Assembly (NCBI GenBank): GCA_030141605.1 | Contig: JAQGDQ010002383.1 | Coordinates: forward strand, 124,001 to 188,000 | Direction of reading: 5' to 3' | DNA: 64,000 bases | DNA from: Tubiluchus corallicola | Taxonomy: Eukaryota; Animalia; Priapulida | In this document: positions 11,745-24,337 of the stretch, piece by piece | Layout: the number at the start of each line of letters is the position of its first letter | Numbering within the stretch: the first letter of the stretch is position 1 | Notes under the pieces: generated by a model | Seen by the model: the letters and a program-made list of their open reading frames with translations, nothing else | The model's database searches: none | What the model was told of the DNA's origin: nothing | Program-made: the position numbers and the translations under genes

Positions 11745-12462
11745 TTGCTAAAGTGTTTGCCTGTCACGGAAAGGTGCAAAAAAGTGACATTTGAATTACT
11801 CAGCACGTATATATTGCTAAAACTTTTGCTTGACACGGTGATGTACTGTTCAAAGTGACATTTGAATTACTCAGAGCGTATATATTGCTAAAACTTTTGC
11901 TTGACACGGTGAGGTACTGTTGAACATTTGAATCACTCACAGCGCATACATTGCTAAAACTTTCCCCTGTCTCGGTGAGGTTCTGTTGAACATTTGACTC
12001 ACTCACAGTGCATACATTGCTAAAACTTTCCCCTGTCACGGTGAGGTACTGTTGAACATTTGAATCACTCACAGCATATACATTGCTAAAACTTTCCCCT
12101 GTCACGGTGAGGTACTGTTCAACAATTGAATTACTCACAGCGAATACATTGCTAAAACTTTTGACTGTCACAGTGAGGTACTGTTGAACATTTTAATCAC
12201 TCACAGCATATACATTGCTAAAACTTTCCCCTGTCACGGTGAGGTACTGTTGAACATTTGAATCACTCACAGCGCATACATTGCTAAAACTTTCCCCTGT
12301 CACGGTGAGGTACTGTTGAACATTTGAATCACTCACAGCGCATACATTGCTAAAACTTTCCCCTGTTACGGTGAGGTACTATTGATTATTTGAATCACTC
12401 ACAGCGCATACATTGCTAAAACTTTTGACTGTCACAGTGAGGTACAGTGAAAGTAACATTTG
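11745..12462. repeat. 66-bp minisatellite (about 11 copies) derived from the stop-codon region of the minus-strand membrane-protein gene
   Basis: ttgctaaa recurs at 11745, 11814, 11885, 11951, 12017, 12083, 12149, 12215, 12281, 12347, 12413; the last copy overlaps the CDS end. Confidence 0.9.
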
Positions 12463-13060
12463 AAGCTGAATCTGTGTCTCTAAAGTCCTCTGCCTGGCGA
12501 ACAGCAGAACTTATTACTGGACACGAGGACGCGTGAGCATCCCGTAGCTGCTGACGAAATGGAAATGTGGTGCCATGCTGTAAATTGTTTCTACAGCTTG
12601 TAACAGTTGGAGTGTCAACTGAACTCCGTGTCGTCCGCATTGTATTCTGACTAGCACCATCACTAACTTCTAATACTACACGGTTTATATCACTTGTATC
12701 ACTCGGTGTGGCTAGATTAACACGCGTTTCATTGTTCCTAGCTCCTCTGCGGTTGTCTGTTGGCGACGACCTTGATACGTACCGAGTTAAGGATGCCGGA
12801 TTTAGTTTGATAGCTTCCTGATATGGTGGGAGCACTCCACTTCCGGTGGACATTGTGGATTCCTCCCGAGTGAAAAGGCCGCGACGTTGAGCAATGACAG
12901 AATGACTTGGATTGATAATGCTGATGGATCGACCAAGGACGGATGTAACTGGACGACTATGGATTAATGCTTGACTGTAAGACGGCGGAAGGTCCTGCGC
13001 CATTTGACCCTCCTCATGCGTTGCTGATGTATGGGCAACTGGAGAAACTTGTTCAAGGTA
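12416..13060 (-). CDS. Type I membrane protein, last exon: disordered cytoplasmic tail with PY motifs (LPPSY, LPPY)
   Basis: Acceptor ttttttgcag, phase 0, YLEQVSP...DLPPSYSQAL...VLPPYQEAI...HCDSQKF-TAG. Confidence 0.85.
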   Translation of the reverse strand, partial: YLEQVSPVAHTSATHEEGQMAQDLPPSYSQALIHSRPVTSVLGRSISIINPSHSVIAQRRGLFTREESTMSTGSGVLPPYQEAIKLNPASLTRYVSRSSPTDNRRGARNNETRVNLATPSDTSDINRVVLEVSDGASQNTMRTTRSSVDTPTVTSCRNNLQHGTTFPFRQQLRDAHASSCPVISSAVRQAEDFRDTDSASNVTFTVPHCDSQKF

Positions 13061-13289
13061 CTGCAAAAAAATTGTATATATAGCAAAAAAGTATAAAAAC
13101 AGGTTATCTGGGTATGGATAGGTATACACAGTGAACAATAAGTGGAACAGGCAAGTTTGACATTCCCTGGTGCTTATAAATGATGTCTTACATCAGTCCC
13201 CTCAGTCTTGGCACCTCCTGGGCTCAATTTAGGGTTTGTTCCAAGTTAACTTGTAAACTGAAGTTGGTATAGAGATAGATACAAACAAA

Positions 13290-13833
<544 letters not shown>

Positions 13834-14061
13834 GTCTAAAAATCATTTGTTACAGGAAGTAGGCTGAACAATAAATGAATTTTGTAGATAAAACAGCGGT
13901 GTAGTTAACGGGCTGTTAGGGCTGCATTTCTATATAAAGAAAAACATATATCCGCTGCTTGCATATTCCACTATCTCTTAAGCGTTAGCATTTTTATAAT
14001 TGAGTATAATCGCTCACTAACACCTATCTAACTTAGGCTTATTTAACTAATTAATAATTAC

Positions 14062-14174
14062 CTGTCCATATCGTCGTCTGACATAGAAACAAAAGCTGTA
14101 GACTAGAACGGCTACAAACGCCATCGTAAAGAGTAGCAAAATCGTAGACTGCAGGCTCGTTGTCGAAGATTTAT
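14062..14174 (-). CDS. Type I membrane protein, transmembrane exon
   Basis: Acceptor tttttaatgcttatag, phase 1; KSSTTSLQSTILLLFTMAFVAVLVYSFCFYVRRRYGQ (TM helix plus RRR stop-transfer); donor CAG|GTAATT, phase 0. Confidence 0.85.
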
Positions 14175-14505
14175 CTATAAGCATTAAAAAATGTAATTTA
14201 CAACGACTAATGCTTGGATATACTATTTTAGAGGTACGTATTTGTAGTGCCATCCCGCTATTAGTATATAAAATGGAAAGCAAGTTAGTTAGTTCTCCAA
14301 AACGCTTGCTGTATATGATTTATAAAAGTTGGCGATAGATGACGCTGTACTACAATGTGCTTTGGTCTGAAACTGCATGCCAATGACAGCAAATGAATGT
14401 TAAATAATCGTTGCAATGTAAGAATAAAGCAGTCAGTAAGACATCGCTTGCACGTATGTCTTTGTAAAAACGAGAAAATTATAACTAATAAACATAGATG
14501 CTCAC

Positions 14506-14598
14506 GTGTTGATTTTGTTGGTGTTAAGGTAAAATTTGCAGGCAGAGGAGTAGTTCCACGGGGTGGCACCAGTGTCACCTTACTATTGTTTTGTAAGC
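14506..14598 (-). CDS. Type I membrane protein, Pro/Thr-rich stalk exon
   Basis: Acceptor ttgatttcag, donor C|GTGAGC; 93 nt, phase 1-1; (C)LQNNSKVTLVPPRGTTPLPANFTLTPTKST with N-glycosylation sequons. Confidence 0.75.
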
Positions 14599-15133
14599 CT
14601 GAAATCAATTTATAAATAATACGTAAATAAAAATATTCCACGGTAAAAAGTCATCATCAAAATACGATGTATTATTTAACAAAAATTGTCGAAACAAACA
14701 AGCCAAACAGGTTTCATTTCCGTTGTCTTAATTTAATCAGTTTCACATCTTGATCAGATCAACTATATTAACAGCTCAAGTAATTAATAGTCAGTAAGAC
14801 TTAACTGGGGAAAAGGGGCGCATTTCTATATTAAGAAAAGAACTGAATGTCCCACCTAAGACGTAACTGTTTTTAATGGAGCAATGTCAGACGTTAGTCG
14901 TTATGACCCACACTGCGTAGGACAAATGAGAATAAAAAGGTTGACTAGGTCTTTTTTGTCATCGTGCTGCGTGGTTTTTTTTGAAAGAGGGTTTTTGAAA
15001 GACCACATCATTCTAGAATCCCAAGTTTATAGATTTTATCAAGTTTATAGATTTTATCATAATACACTAATGAAACCTATAAATCAATTTATGTAAACCC
15101 AAAGAAAAGTATGTGTCATTGCTTTGTACTTAC

Positions 15134-15298
15134 ACAGCAGTTCCGTACAGACATTTGAATCATTCTCACAGGAAGCATAGCAACCGCAACTTCCGGCCAG
15201 GCATTTTGGAAACAGATTCGACTCGATGTTCAACTTCACCTTGCAGACTCGCGCACAAAATAGACTGCAGAAATCGTCCCGGGTGCAAACAGCGTTTC
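15134..15298 (-). CDS. Type I membrane protein, Cys-rich ectodomain exon (CS-alpha/beta-like spacing)
   Basis: Acceptor cattttcag, donor T|GTAAGT; 165 nt, phase 1-1; NAVCTRDDFCSLFCARVCKVKLNIESNLFPKCLAGSCGCYASCENDSNVCTELL. Confidence 0.8.
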
Positions 15299-15508
15299 CT
15301 GAAAATGAGTAATTTGGTAATTACTACGGGGCAGGTAACTGATGACCTTTATGAACACATTAAGAGTAGATGGTAAAGAGACATTCCGAATCTCAGATAC
15401 ACGAATGGAGATTTTAAGGAAAAGCTATAGCTATGCACTACCTACTGATGTAACTATTATAGGCAATGAAACCTCATTTCTATTTCTTAGAAAGTGGATG
15501 GATTAAAT

Positions 15509-15539
<31 letters not shown>

Positions 15540-16884
15540 TACTGAAAAATTTATAATGGTTGTTGTAGGTATTTAAACACTGTCAGGGCTTTATTACTCT
15601 CATATTTTTTCAACAGTGAAATTTTACTGTGTACATATAGCAAATATTATGAGAAGAATTGTACCAAAATAGTTAAAGGAAAAAGTACCAAATAGGAAAA
15701 CAGGGCGATGTTTCAAACTCTGCATCATTTTGACCTATGATCTGACATATGTACTTTTTACCTGTATTGACAAGGCTATATATATATTATATAGGTTATA
15801 ATTATATTAGGTTAGGTTATGTCATGCAATGCTGAGTCAAGTCTTTTGTGTTATGTAACACAAAGTCAGGTCACATTCAGATAAACTGAAACAGCTTCTA
15901 TGTCTTGTTTTGTCAAACTGCACAAAGGATCAAATGCAAAAACTCAACTGTTTATATATATATTAACCTATTATATATTTGGAATTCTCACTATTTCTGA
16001 ATAACAATCTCTATGCTGTTTTTGTGAATGGGCTGAGTAGTCACCGTTGCATGCAAAGTTAAACAACTCGGGGCTTAGTTGTTAAATGGATGAGTGCCTG
16101 TTGCGGAAAAACTGCTGACGAGAGTTTCAACTTCTATTCTGCTCTGAAGTCGAGAAGTTGCATACGCATTCACATATAATTAAGACGCTTTGTCGGTTCA
16201 ATGTTTTATCTTCAACGATTATATATATTTATACAAGCCAGCCAAAAATATAAAATTTTAAATGATCCTTGGTAATAAACAGCGTTCTGGCCCCGCCATG
16301 TCTGACGGTATTCTAGCAGGGTGTAAAGTGGTTCTAAAATCAGTTCCAACGTTCTCCAACTTTAGCAGATAAGTGACCCGAATACTAGGAAGCGGTAAAA
16401 GTGCCCATGTTTTTGGATCATATCTCGCTTTAAACCAGTTTCAGCAAACCAAAATTATTGATCATCTTTTTTTGTTACTTTGCAATCTGCGTCAGAGAAT
16501 TTTTGCGAAGAATATGGCTTTGGTGGGATTGAAAAAATGCCGCTAAACAACCCTGCTTAAAACACGTGCTATACTTTACATCGAAGGCTGCTTTTTGAAT
16601 TAGGATCCTATATTAAGTTAAAAGAACGCACAGAAGGGGCGCTAACTGGCTTGGACATCACTAATGACCACCATAGTAACAGGCGTTCCAGTGATCATTT
16701 GTTAAAGTGTTAAGAAGTGAATGATTAGGACACTCGGGATACCCATAAAGCGAATTTACAACCATCAGTCGGTTGCCGTAACTCGGACAACGGACAGCTT
16801 TAGTGCAGGTATGTGATCAGGTGACATTTTCAGCACGCACAGCAGCTGAATGGTCACGATATGTGCTTGGGTTACGGCATACCA

Positions 16885-17010
16885 CAGGAATAGCTCGAAG
16901 GTGCCGTCCTTGCTTCTGATGCGAGAAGTGGTGGGTTCAATTCCACGGCCGAGTCATACTAAAGACTTGAAAAATAGTACCGCATGTTCTTTGACCTAGC
17001 ACGTGGAATA
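16885..17010 (+). mobile_element. tRNA-derived SINE with Meta-domain-like core
   Basis: A box tagctcgaagg, B box ggttcaattcc, then ggccgagtcatactaaagacttgaaaaatagtac, which resembles the MetaSINE central domain as recalled (not database-checked). Confidence 0.55.
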
Positions 17011-17302
17011 GTTGAAGTAACATTCGGGTAATAATAAACAATTCACAGCTTCAGTTGGAAGAATATCCTTGAAAATGAGCTAGATTCCGATCCCGTTGCA
17101 ACAATCCAGACTTTTCAGTAATGCAGCACAAATTGGTGGGCATCCTGCTAGTTTTCTAAGAAGAAACTGCAGTAAGTTAGATACATAGTTTAAGCTTACT
17201 AAATGGAGTAAAAGAACTTGTTGAATTGCAGAATTCACCAGAAGTTCTAGACCATAAATTTATCATGCTGCATTAAAGGTTAGAAATTGGTAAGTTCTGG
17301 TC

Positions 17303-17333
17303 TCCCCTCTCTCTCTCTCTTTCACTCTCTTCC

Positions 17334-17382
<49 letters not shown>

Positions 17383-17520
17383 ATCTCCCGCTCTTTCTCT
17401 TGCATCGCTTCATCCTCTCTTTTTGTATCTTTCTCTCTATCCCCCTCGTACTGTCTCTCTTCTTTCTCTTCCCCCTCTCACTGTCTTCTGTTCTCCCAGT
17501 GTTCCTTTTTTCTTTTTACT
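17303..17520. repeat. (CT)n / polypyrimidine microsatellite
   Basis: Direct inspection. Confidence 0.9.
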
Positions 17521-18074
17521 GTCTTTTGCTCCCAATCCCTGTAGCAACTAAAACTTACTTCACTGTCCTTGCAAAAACGTTAAGTGAAACATGGAATCTG
17601 CTCACTGTCAAATATAGTCATTCTAAATAAAGTGAGTACGTATTTTTTAACCTCACTTTTCTTAAACCAACAGAGGTGTTTTAGCTACTTTGTGTAAATT
17701 TGTTTATGGCAAACATCCTTTCTCATGGAAAGAAACAGCTTCTGGCAAATTAGACTAATCATTTTCGTGGCGGTCTGCTTATCTTCACAGTAGGAGCGCA
17801 CTCAGCTTCTTTGCACTGAAATACCTGCTTCATCGTACTAACTAACGGTCGTGTCTCATTCTAGTCAATATACAAACAATGCCTACTTCATTAGCAGCAT
17901 TACAAGTTTATGACAATCAGCGTCACTTATTCTTGACCAGACACAGGAGTCCCTAAACGTAGGCCTTGACTAATGTTTACGTGGCAGCATCCATAGAGGT
18001 ACACCCATTTACAAGGGCCATTTTTATCATCTTTTTCTCGGCAAACTTGCATTATGTGCTAAAAACTCATCGCC

Positions 18075-18442
18075 CAGGACCGGATTATGACCTTCCGCGC
18101 GCCTAAGCTAATGAAATTATGGGCCTCTATCAGATGGAGCCACCCTCTAAATCGTCCCACACCCGGTCTTGAACATTGTTTACTCGTGATATAATGCAGA
18201 GACACTTACATAGATTAAAGTGAGCTTATTGCAATTCTTTAAATAAATTAGATTAGCATTCTTTTGTTTGTTAATAAAAATATTCTTTAAGAAATGCCAG
18301 TATTTTACTATTTATTGCAAACCAAATTAGTACACATTTCAACATAACCGCAGTGAAACAACAGACTTTTTTACTAATGTTAAAATGGTAGCAAAGCTTG
18401 AAAGGTTGCAGCCTGTATTAGCCTATAAAATAATTCGCCCTG
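18075..18442. mobile_element. Non-autonomous hAT-like MITE (CAGGGCCGGA family)
   Basis: Imperfect TIRs CAGGACCGGATTA ... TAATTCGCCCTG; decayed flanking duplication ctcatcgc / ctcattac; termini related to the elements at 24338 and 51102. Confidence 0.6.
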
Positions 18443-18529
18443 CTCATTACTTCTTAATTAAGTGCAGTACTGAATATTCAGTTAGGACTTTATGAAATTA
18501 TAACAGACTTTTTACAGTTTAACGCTTAC

Positions 18530-18590
18530 CTGTTATGAAAAGAGTCATCCATGTTGTAACCAAAGCTGTTATCGCCAAGCATAGTTGCAT
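18530..18590 (-). CDS. Type I membrane protein, first coding exon (signal peptide); full model 358 aa over 5 exons
   Basis: ATG...MQLCLAITALVTTWMTLFIT, phase-1 donor G|GTAAGC; joins in frame to 15298. Confidence 0.75.
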
Positions 18591-19751
18591 AATAACCCGT
18601 TTTTATCTTGATGAATAAACTGCGTTATAAAATTTGCAGCAGCTGAAGGTTATTGTACAAATATTGTTGTTAATAAGCGCAAGGAACTTTCTTGTTTGCA
18701 CATCATTTGTCCCATTGTGGTAAAGCTTATTTCCATGTCTTCAATAAAATATATAGCGTCACCTTAGATATTGTCACGTGTGGGTTACGCCTTTTAACGA
18801 CCGAAAAAAGCGTCAACAGTAGACATGTTAGCGTGCTGTACTTTCCACAAATGAGATCTTCAGGCAATTTAGAAGTTCCACATGAACGGGCGTTCAGGTT
18901 TTGTTCGCCAGCGTCCAAGTGGATTAAGCTTAACAATTTAACGTGGCTGGGAGGGTCGAGGGAGGCGAACACAAAACAACCTTAGCCTAGACACACGTAA
19001 AACTGGCCATCACGTTTTTAAATTATGGTAAACATGCAGAAATTGAAATCGTAGTTGTTTGAAAGCAGAATTTATTAATGAAGATTCATTTGAGCTCATA
19101 TATTTCCACTCGAATACCTAATTTTATGGGTCGCATGTAGCTATAAACTAATATCACCTTTCTGGCTAGTATTACATACTCGTACTATTCTGAATTATTT
19201 TTATTTATTTATTTATTTATTTATTTAGTAAATGTAATTCCCTTTTAGGTAAGTTTAATAAATTACTTGAATTTTTAATTTTTGCTTTTCAGGCAGACAA
19301 TGGGTTTTGTTGGATGACGTAGAATGTCAAAAAGGTCACTAAGCCTTCTTTCACGATTACGTTCTACGTCTTTTAATTTAGATTTACGTCTTTGCAACTA
19401 ATACGAAAATATTTCTCACCAGCCGAATAATATTGATTGCAACAAGCTAAATCAGATTTTGACGAAACTAAGAATCAATTTTCGCCATCTTTAAAATGTA
19501 ACAAATGAATACGTTTAATTGTCGCTGATTCACAATTGAATATATTGTGCAAAATAAAATTTATTACAGGAAAAACAGTGTTAAAACTAATATATTTTTT
19601 GTAGTTTGCCACACTAAAACGTAACATTGTGATACAAAATTAATAATTATGACTGGAATGAAAGAAGATGCGCCACGTGGTCTATGTGAAGTGCAGAAAT
19701 CACAACTTGGCATCGCAAAAATTCCAATCTTGCTTGTCATTGTCTTTACGG

Positions 19752-19840
19752 CTATTGTTCAATCGGAAAACTGTACTTCCTCCCAATGTTTCCTCTATTA
19801 TCCACGTCAGGCACATGAACTTCACCACTGTCCTTTTTTG
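19752..19840 (-). CDS. GPCR locus, putative terminal exon (C-tail)
   Basis: Strong acceptor ttttgtttcttttgtgtttag; phase-1 reading AKKDSGEVHVPDVDNRGNIGRKYSFPIEQ-TAG (phase-0 reading is also open, to 19700); AATAAA on minus strand at 19560-19565. Confidence 0.55.
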
Positions 19841-20579
19841 CTAAACACAAAAGAAACAAAATTATGTTTTATAAAACTTAAATTATTATTTTTAAAAATT
19901 ACACATTCCTGATACGCCATTTTCAAATTGCCAAAAATAATCTGTTAAACTAAATTTTGTTTTCTAAACTCTAGTTTGTAATAATTAATGCAACAATAAG
20001 TGTTTTTGGAATGGCCGTAAAAGTTCCTTCTATAATCTATTCGTTCAATTTAATTGAAATTTATAAAAGTAGGCATTTGCGTTTTTGTGCTCGTCAGACA
20101 TGCTTTTATAATATCATGCTGATTTTGAAAAAAATTGAATCCAAATTTTATTTTTGAAGAAAATTTGAATCCAAAAAGCAAATTTTACTTTTGCACAGGC
20201 TTCACCCACACTTTTGTGTAGCGCTTTTACTAAAACGTATTCTCGCGTTTAAAGTTGAAAAAACAAAAAAACTTAAAGCATTAAAACCAGAAAAAACGCA
20301 TAAAAATTCTCTCTACCAACGATCGAACTATGGGCCTTCAGGTCAAAAACAAATAGTCTCATAACCGCATGATTGAGCTGTGATACAGTATCGGTTTTAA
20401 ATCTTTTCAAATTTTCCTTCCTATCAAATTGTTAATTTGATTAGTGATAATTACTCTCTGTTATTTACATAGTTTTATCTTAGCTCTAATTACTTTTCAG
20501 TGCATGCAAGAAGGACATTAATTAGCACTGAATTGCGTTATTATTGCTACACAAAAATAAAAACATTCCCATACGAAAC

Positions 20580-20661
20580 CTTCAATTTTTTTCGAAACAC
20601 TGAAGCTTGTTTCAGACATGTGACCTGGTGAACGTGCTACAAAAGTACCTGTAGAACACAC
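20580..20661 (-). CDS. GPCR locus, putative C-tail exon 4
   Basis: Strong acceptor ttattttatttattatag; phase 0, matching the donor at 23593; Ser/Thr-rich VCSTGTFVARSPGHMSETSFSVSKKIE; donor either G|GTTTCG (20580) or TTC|GTATGG (20575). Confidence 0.55.
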
Positions 20662-20822
20662 CTATAATAAATAAAATAAATACGCACACGAGTTAGTTAT
20701 TTAGCAACAGTCAAGAACCGTTAGTTAAAAAATAACGAGTTAATAACAACAATTTTTAACAATAAGTTAATAACACGAATTTTCCTATCTTTACTTAAGT
20801 AAATGTTTTTCTTACGTTTTAA

Positions 20823-21506
20823 AGGACAAGAAAAGGTGTACCTGAAGCAGGTTTCAGAAAAATCGCCTTAAAAAATTATATTACTTTATAGCAATTTTAT
20901 GCCTATATCTTACTCGCACTGAAAGTAATTTTGATTTGTTTTCATTTTAAATTTCCCGCAATACTATTCCGAAGTCGCCATTACATGACGTCATGCACCA
21001 AACGTAAATCAAGGGAAGAAAAGGCAATGTTAAATTATATCTCAAAAGACTTTCCGTGCAAATCTATATTACTTAGATTTTCGCTTACCTGCTAGAGAGA
21101 TTTATGTAACTAGAAAAGAAAATTATTAATTATTTAAAATGTTTTCACCAATTGGTAAAATGTAGCTGACTCACCCTACAGGGTGCACCACTCACTAACA
21201 AAAAAACGTATTTTTAATCTTATTGACAAGACATAGTAATTTTAAATTTTATTTAGTTAGTGACTTGCGCGCTACGAATGCTCTGATTATTTTTTCAAAC
21301 TTTACAAAATGTTATCTAAACTTGTTTCAAATGACCTGTCGTGAAAATGGCTGCGTCTAACGGTCATCGCGGGAGTTTAAATTTACAGGTTTTATACAGC
21401 GTGACTGCCGATTGAAGTCCTGCATGCAAAAAGGCAGCATGTAAGCGAAACAAAATTTCAAAACGAATTTTTCAAGCTTTATGTTTATGAAGGGTTCTCT
21501 TGTGCT
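20823..21506 (+). mobile_element. Kolobok-like non-autonomous DNA transposon, family 1 (full-length copy)
   Basis: TTAA on both sides (20819-20822, 21507-21510); imperfect 12-bp TIR AGGACAAGAAAA / TTCTCTTGTGCT; homologous copies at 21560, 25722, 43793, 61950. Confidence 0.7.
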
Positions 21507-21559
21507 TTAAGCACCACACCGCTTGATTAAGTTCTTTCGGTAGACAATGTTTTGCAGCC

Positions 21560-21992
21560 TATACTGCCTTATTGCACACAGATGTTATATTAGCAATAAT
21601 ACTGTATAAAACATGTAAATTTAAACTCCCGCGATGACTGTTAGGCGCAGCCATTTTGACGGTAGATTGTTTGAAACAACTTTAGGTGACATTGTGTGAA
21701 GTTTGAAAAAACCATCAGAGAATTCGCAGCGCACTCTTCTGTTACTAAACAAAAGACTTAATTACTTTACATTACCAATAAAATTAAAAATACGTTTTTG
21801 ATAACTTAGTGGTGCATACTGGGCTGGTGAAACACTGACGATTTACCAGTTGGAGCAAACATTTTAAATTGCTAAAAAATTTCTTTTCTAGTTACATAAG
21901 TCCCTCAAGCAGGTAAGCGTATAGCTAAGTAATATAAGTTTGTGTGGAAAGTTTTTGTGAACATTCTTTAAAAATGTTTTTTCTTCCCCTTC
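21560..21992 (-). mobile_element. Kolobok-like family 1, inverted partial copy
   Basis: Reverse complement aligns to 21011-21440 (e.g. gtaaatttaaactcccgcgatgac vs gtcatcgcgggagtttaaatttac). Confidence 0.75.
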
Positions 21993-22585
21993 AACATTTT
22001 TTGCTGTTTCAAGGAAATCAATGTGCACCACACGCTTAGCACACATGGAACTAATGGAAGGAATTCAGCCAAACGAGTCAAGAACCAAACTTAGAGTCCT
22101 GGTTGCACCATTTGAAAACTAGGGCAGAGGCGGGCCAAACTGCTGGTGAAATTGAGGAAGCGCTTTTACATCTCCCTGGATATTCTGACATTTGGCACCG
22201 CTTCACTTAAACTTTCATAAATACTTTTTAAGAAAAAGCTTTCTTCCGATTAAAATTTTTCGTCTATAAATGGTAGTACTAAACTAGTCATCTAGATAAT
22301 TTAGTAAAAAAAGCAAGCGAAGGCAATTAGCTGATCGAGCGCCCGAAGTTAAGCAACAGCTGATCCTGAGCAGTAAATGAATGGATAATCAATATGAAAA
22401 TTGGTTCTGCGGCTTCTTCTGCTATATTTCCCCGGCTCTTTTCCCTGCTGAAGAGAGGTACAATCGCGTCCATCTTAGAGGGCTGTCTTCGATAATAAGC
22501 AAGATCCCGTCCAGTCACAACAATTTATAATAATCATTTGAACGCACGAAAGAATATTATATTAAAAAGTGTGAAAAATTTCAAA

Positions 22586-22838
22586 CCACCGCTAGGACTC
22601 GAACCTAGGACTTATGCTGTCCAGGCAGCTATACTAGCCGCTACACCACAAAGGCACTTGACCTACTTGACGGCACGTATGCTACTAGTTGTATATGAAT
22701 GAGGAATTAAAGTCTACATTGTACCACATAGTACAAGATCAATTCTATGAACGCCCGAAAGCTGGTATAAATTATCCCTTCATCGGGATTCGAACTCATA
22801 ACCTACAATCCGGGTTGCTAACCATTACGCCACAGAGA
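22586..22838 (-). pseudogene. Two tandem degenerate tRNA-like sequences (SINE heads / tRNA pseudogenes)
   Basis: 22586-22655: TGGTGTAGCGG...CTAGGTTCGAGTCCTAG (intact T arm, broken acceptor and anticodon arms); 22776-22838: TGGCGTAATGG...GTTCGAATCC. Confidence 0.55.
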
Positions 22839-23417
22839 GATTTTTCAGAATAAAAAAAATACACTGGACGATGAAAAAGGTAACTAGCAGGTTGACCTAA
22901 TTAGCAAACGCCAAAAGACAAGATATTAGACAGGTTTCCATCATTTGTAAAAAATGTGGCACATGTTTTTCCTTCCATACAGGTGCTGCCAATGAAATTA
23001 GTATTCATCAGTTTGTTAGATTTGAGTGCACGCATGCGCAAGTCAACTCAAAAATAAATGTAAAGACAAGCATAATAATTAGTAAGTTACGGAGGTAACC
23101 TTAGTCATCAGAATACCGACCAACCAAAAGCTGTACTGCCTGTAGATTTTTGCATCAGTAGATTTAGTATAATAAATGCATATTATGTTAAAAGTAATTT
23201 TTAATTTTTTTGTGCGTATGCGTTGAGAAGTTATATTTTGTAATTGAATTTTAATTTTACCTATGTAAATTTTATGTCTTTTATTCACAATTTAAAAAAT
23301 TAACTCTTGTAATAGTAGTTTAACACTATTGCCTACAACAGGCATTGAGTGGTTACACATATAGTATTTTCACGTATTTTATCACACCTGTAAATGTGTA
23401 GAACTTATGCAATAAAG

Positions 23418-23467
<50 letters not shown>

Positions 23468-23592
23468 CACTGCTGTGATGGCAGTGCTAATCGTGCAAAG
23501 TTAACAGCGCAGTTCACAGCGGGTATTGCTCTCCTCAATTTTTCCCTAGTTCTTATGCATTAAATAACAGCATATTTTAAGACTAACAATAC

Positions 23593-24259
23593 CTGAGTGC
23601 TATTGGTTAATCTGCCATTGTAGTATTTAGTGTTCCTGTCGTGTGGATATCGCAATTCGCCGCAGCAGCTCCTGCTTTTCAGGACAGCAATGAAACCCAA
23701 CCGGAACTTCCGGTTCAGAAATCCGTACAGGACCGGATCAATCCCACTATTCGACGTGGATATCCATTGGCATATGGGTATGAGCAGTGCCAGCTGCGCA
23801 TTGTTATCGGAGACAACTCCAAAATAAACAAACGCAAACGTCAAGTACAGTGGCAGCCAACTGAAGGCGAACACCATCACAACGACTAGGACCATTTTTG
23901 CAAGTTTGAGCTTCTGTTTTCGAACCAGCGTTTCCAAGTCACGTGTTTCACCAATCACGGGACGTCGTAAGACGTGCAGAAATATCAAGAAATAGCAAAC
24001 ACTTATGACAGCTAAGGGAACAATGTAGCACTGCAAAGCTACAACGCACAAGAAGTACCATTTTGCTGCAGCGGGATCGTGCCATCCGAATTCGCCACAA
24101 ACTGACAGTAATTGACCCTTGAATATTATATCTACGGCATCGTAATACAGCAACCAAGGAATGAAGGTCAGGCAGGAATATATCCATATAACAGCAATGA
24201 ATCGTCCCGCTGCCTTCGTCGTCATCTCATACTTCATCGGATAAACAATAGAAATGTAT
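23593..24259 (-). CDS. SIFaR: SIFamide/NPFF-receptor-like class A GPCR, cassette B exon 3B (ICL2 to helix 8)
   Basis: Acceptor atttccag, phase 2; YISIVYPMK...FIPW...CYIVPL...FAFSWLPLY...SNSGIDPVLYGFLNRKFR...SRSCCG; donor CAG|GTATTG at 23593 (unspliced read-through stops at 23560). Confidence 0.9.
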
Positions 24260-24337
24260 CTGGAAATATAAATCTCATTATTTTTGCAATACAATAATTG
24301 CCAACAGGTGTCTCTAGTGAGAAATCCTTTTCAAGAC

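Noticed and set aside
11745-12418. Stop-codon read-through (TAG CAA T context) into the 66-bp array
   Set aside because: An in-frame TGA follows six codons after the TAG, so read-through would add almost nothing; the open frame in the array is a different frame and is interrupted by stops.
19241-19292. Plus-strand AG|GTAAGT followed by a 44-nt intron-like segment (recursive splice-like site)
   Set aside because: No plus-strand gene context found; likely chance or a TE remnant.
23101-23139. Alternative small terminal exon for GPCR cassette B (AVQLLVGRYSDD-stop)
   Set aside because: Phase-compatible, but the acceptor lacks a polypyrimidine tract; the 20661 and 19840 acceptors are much stronger.
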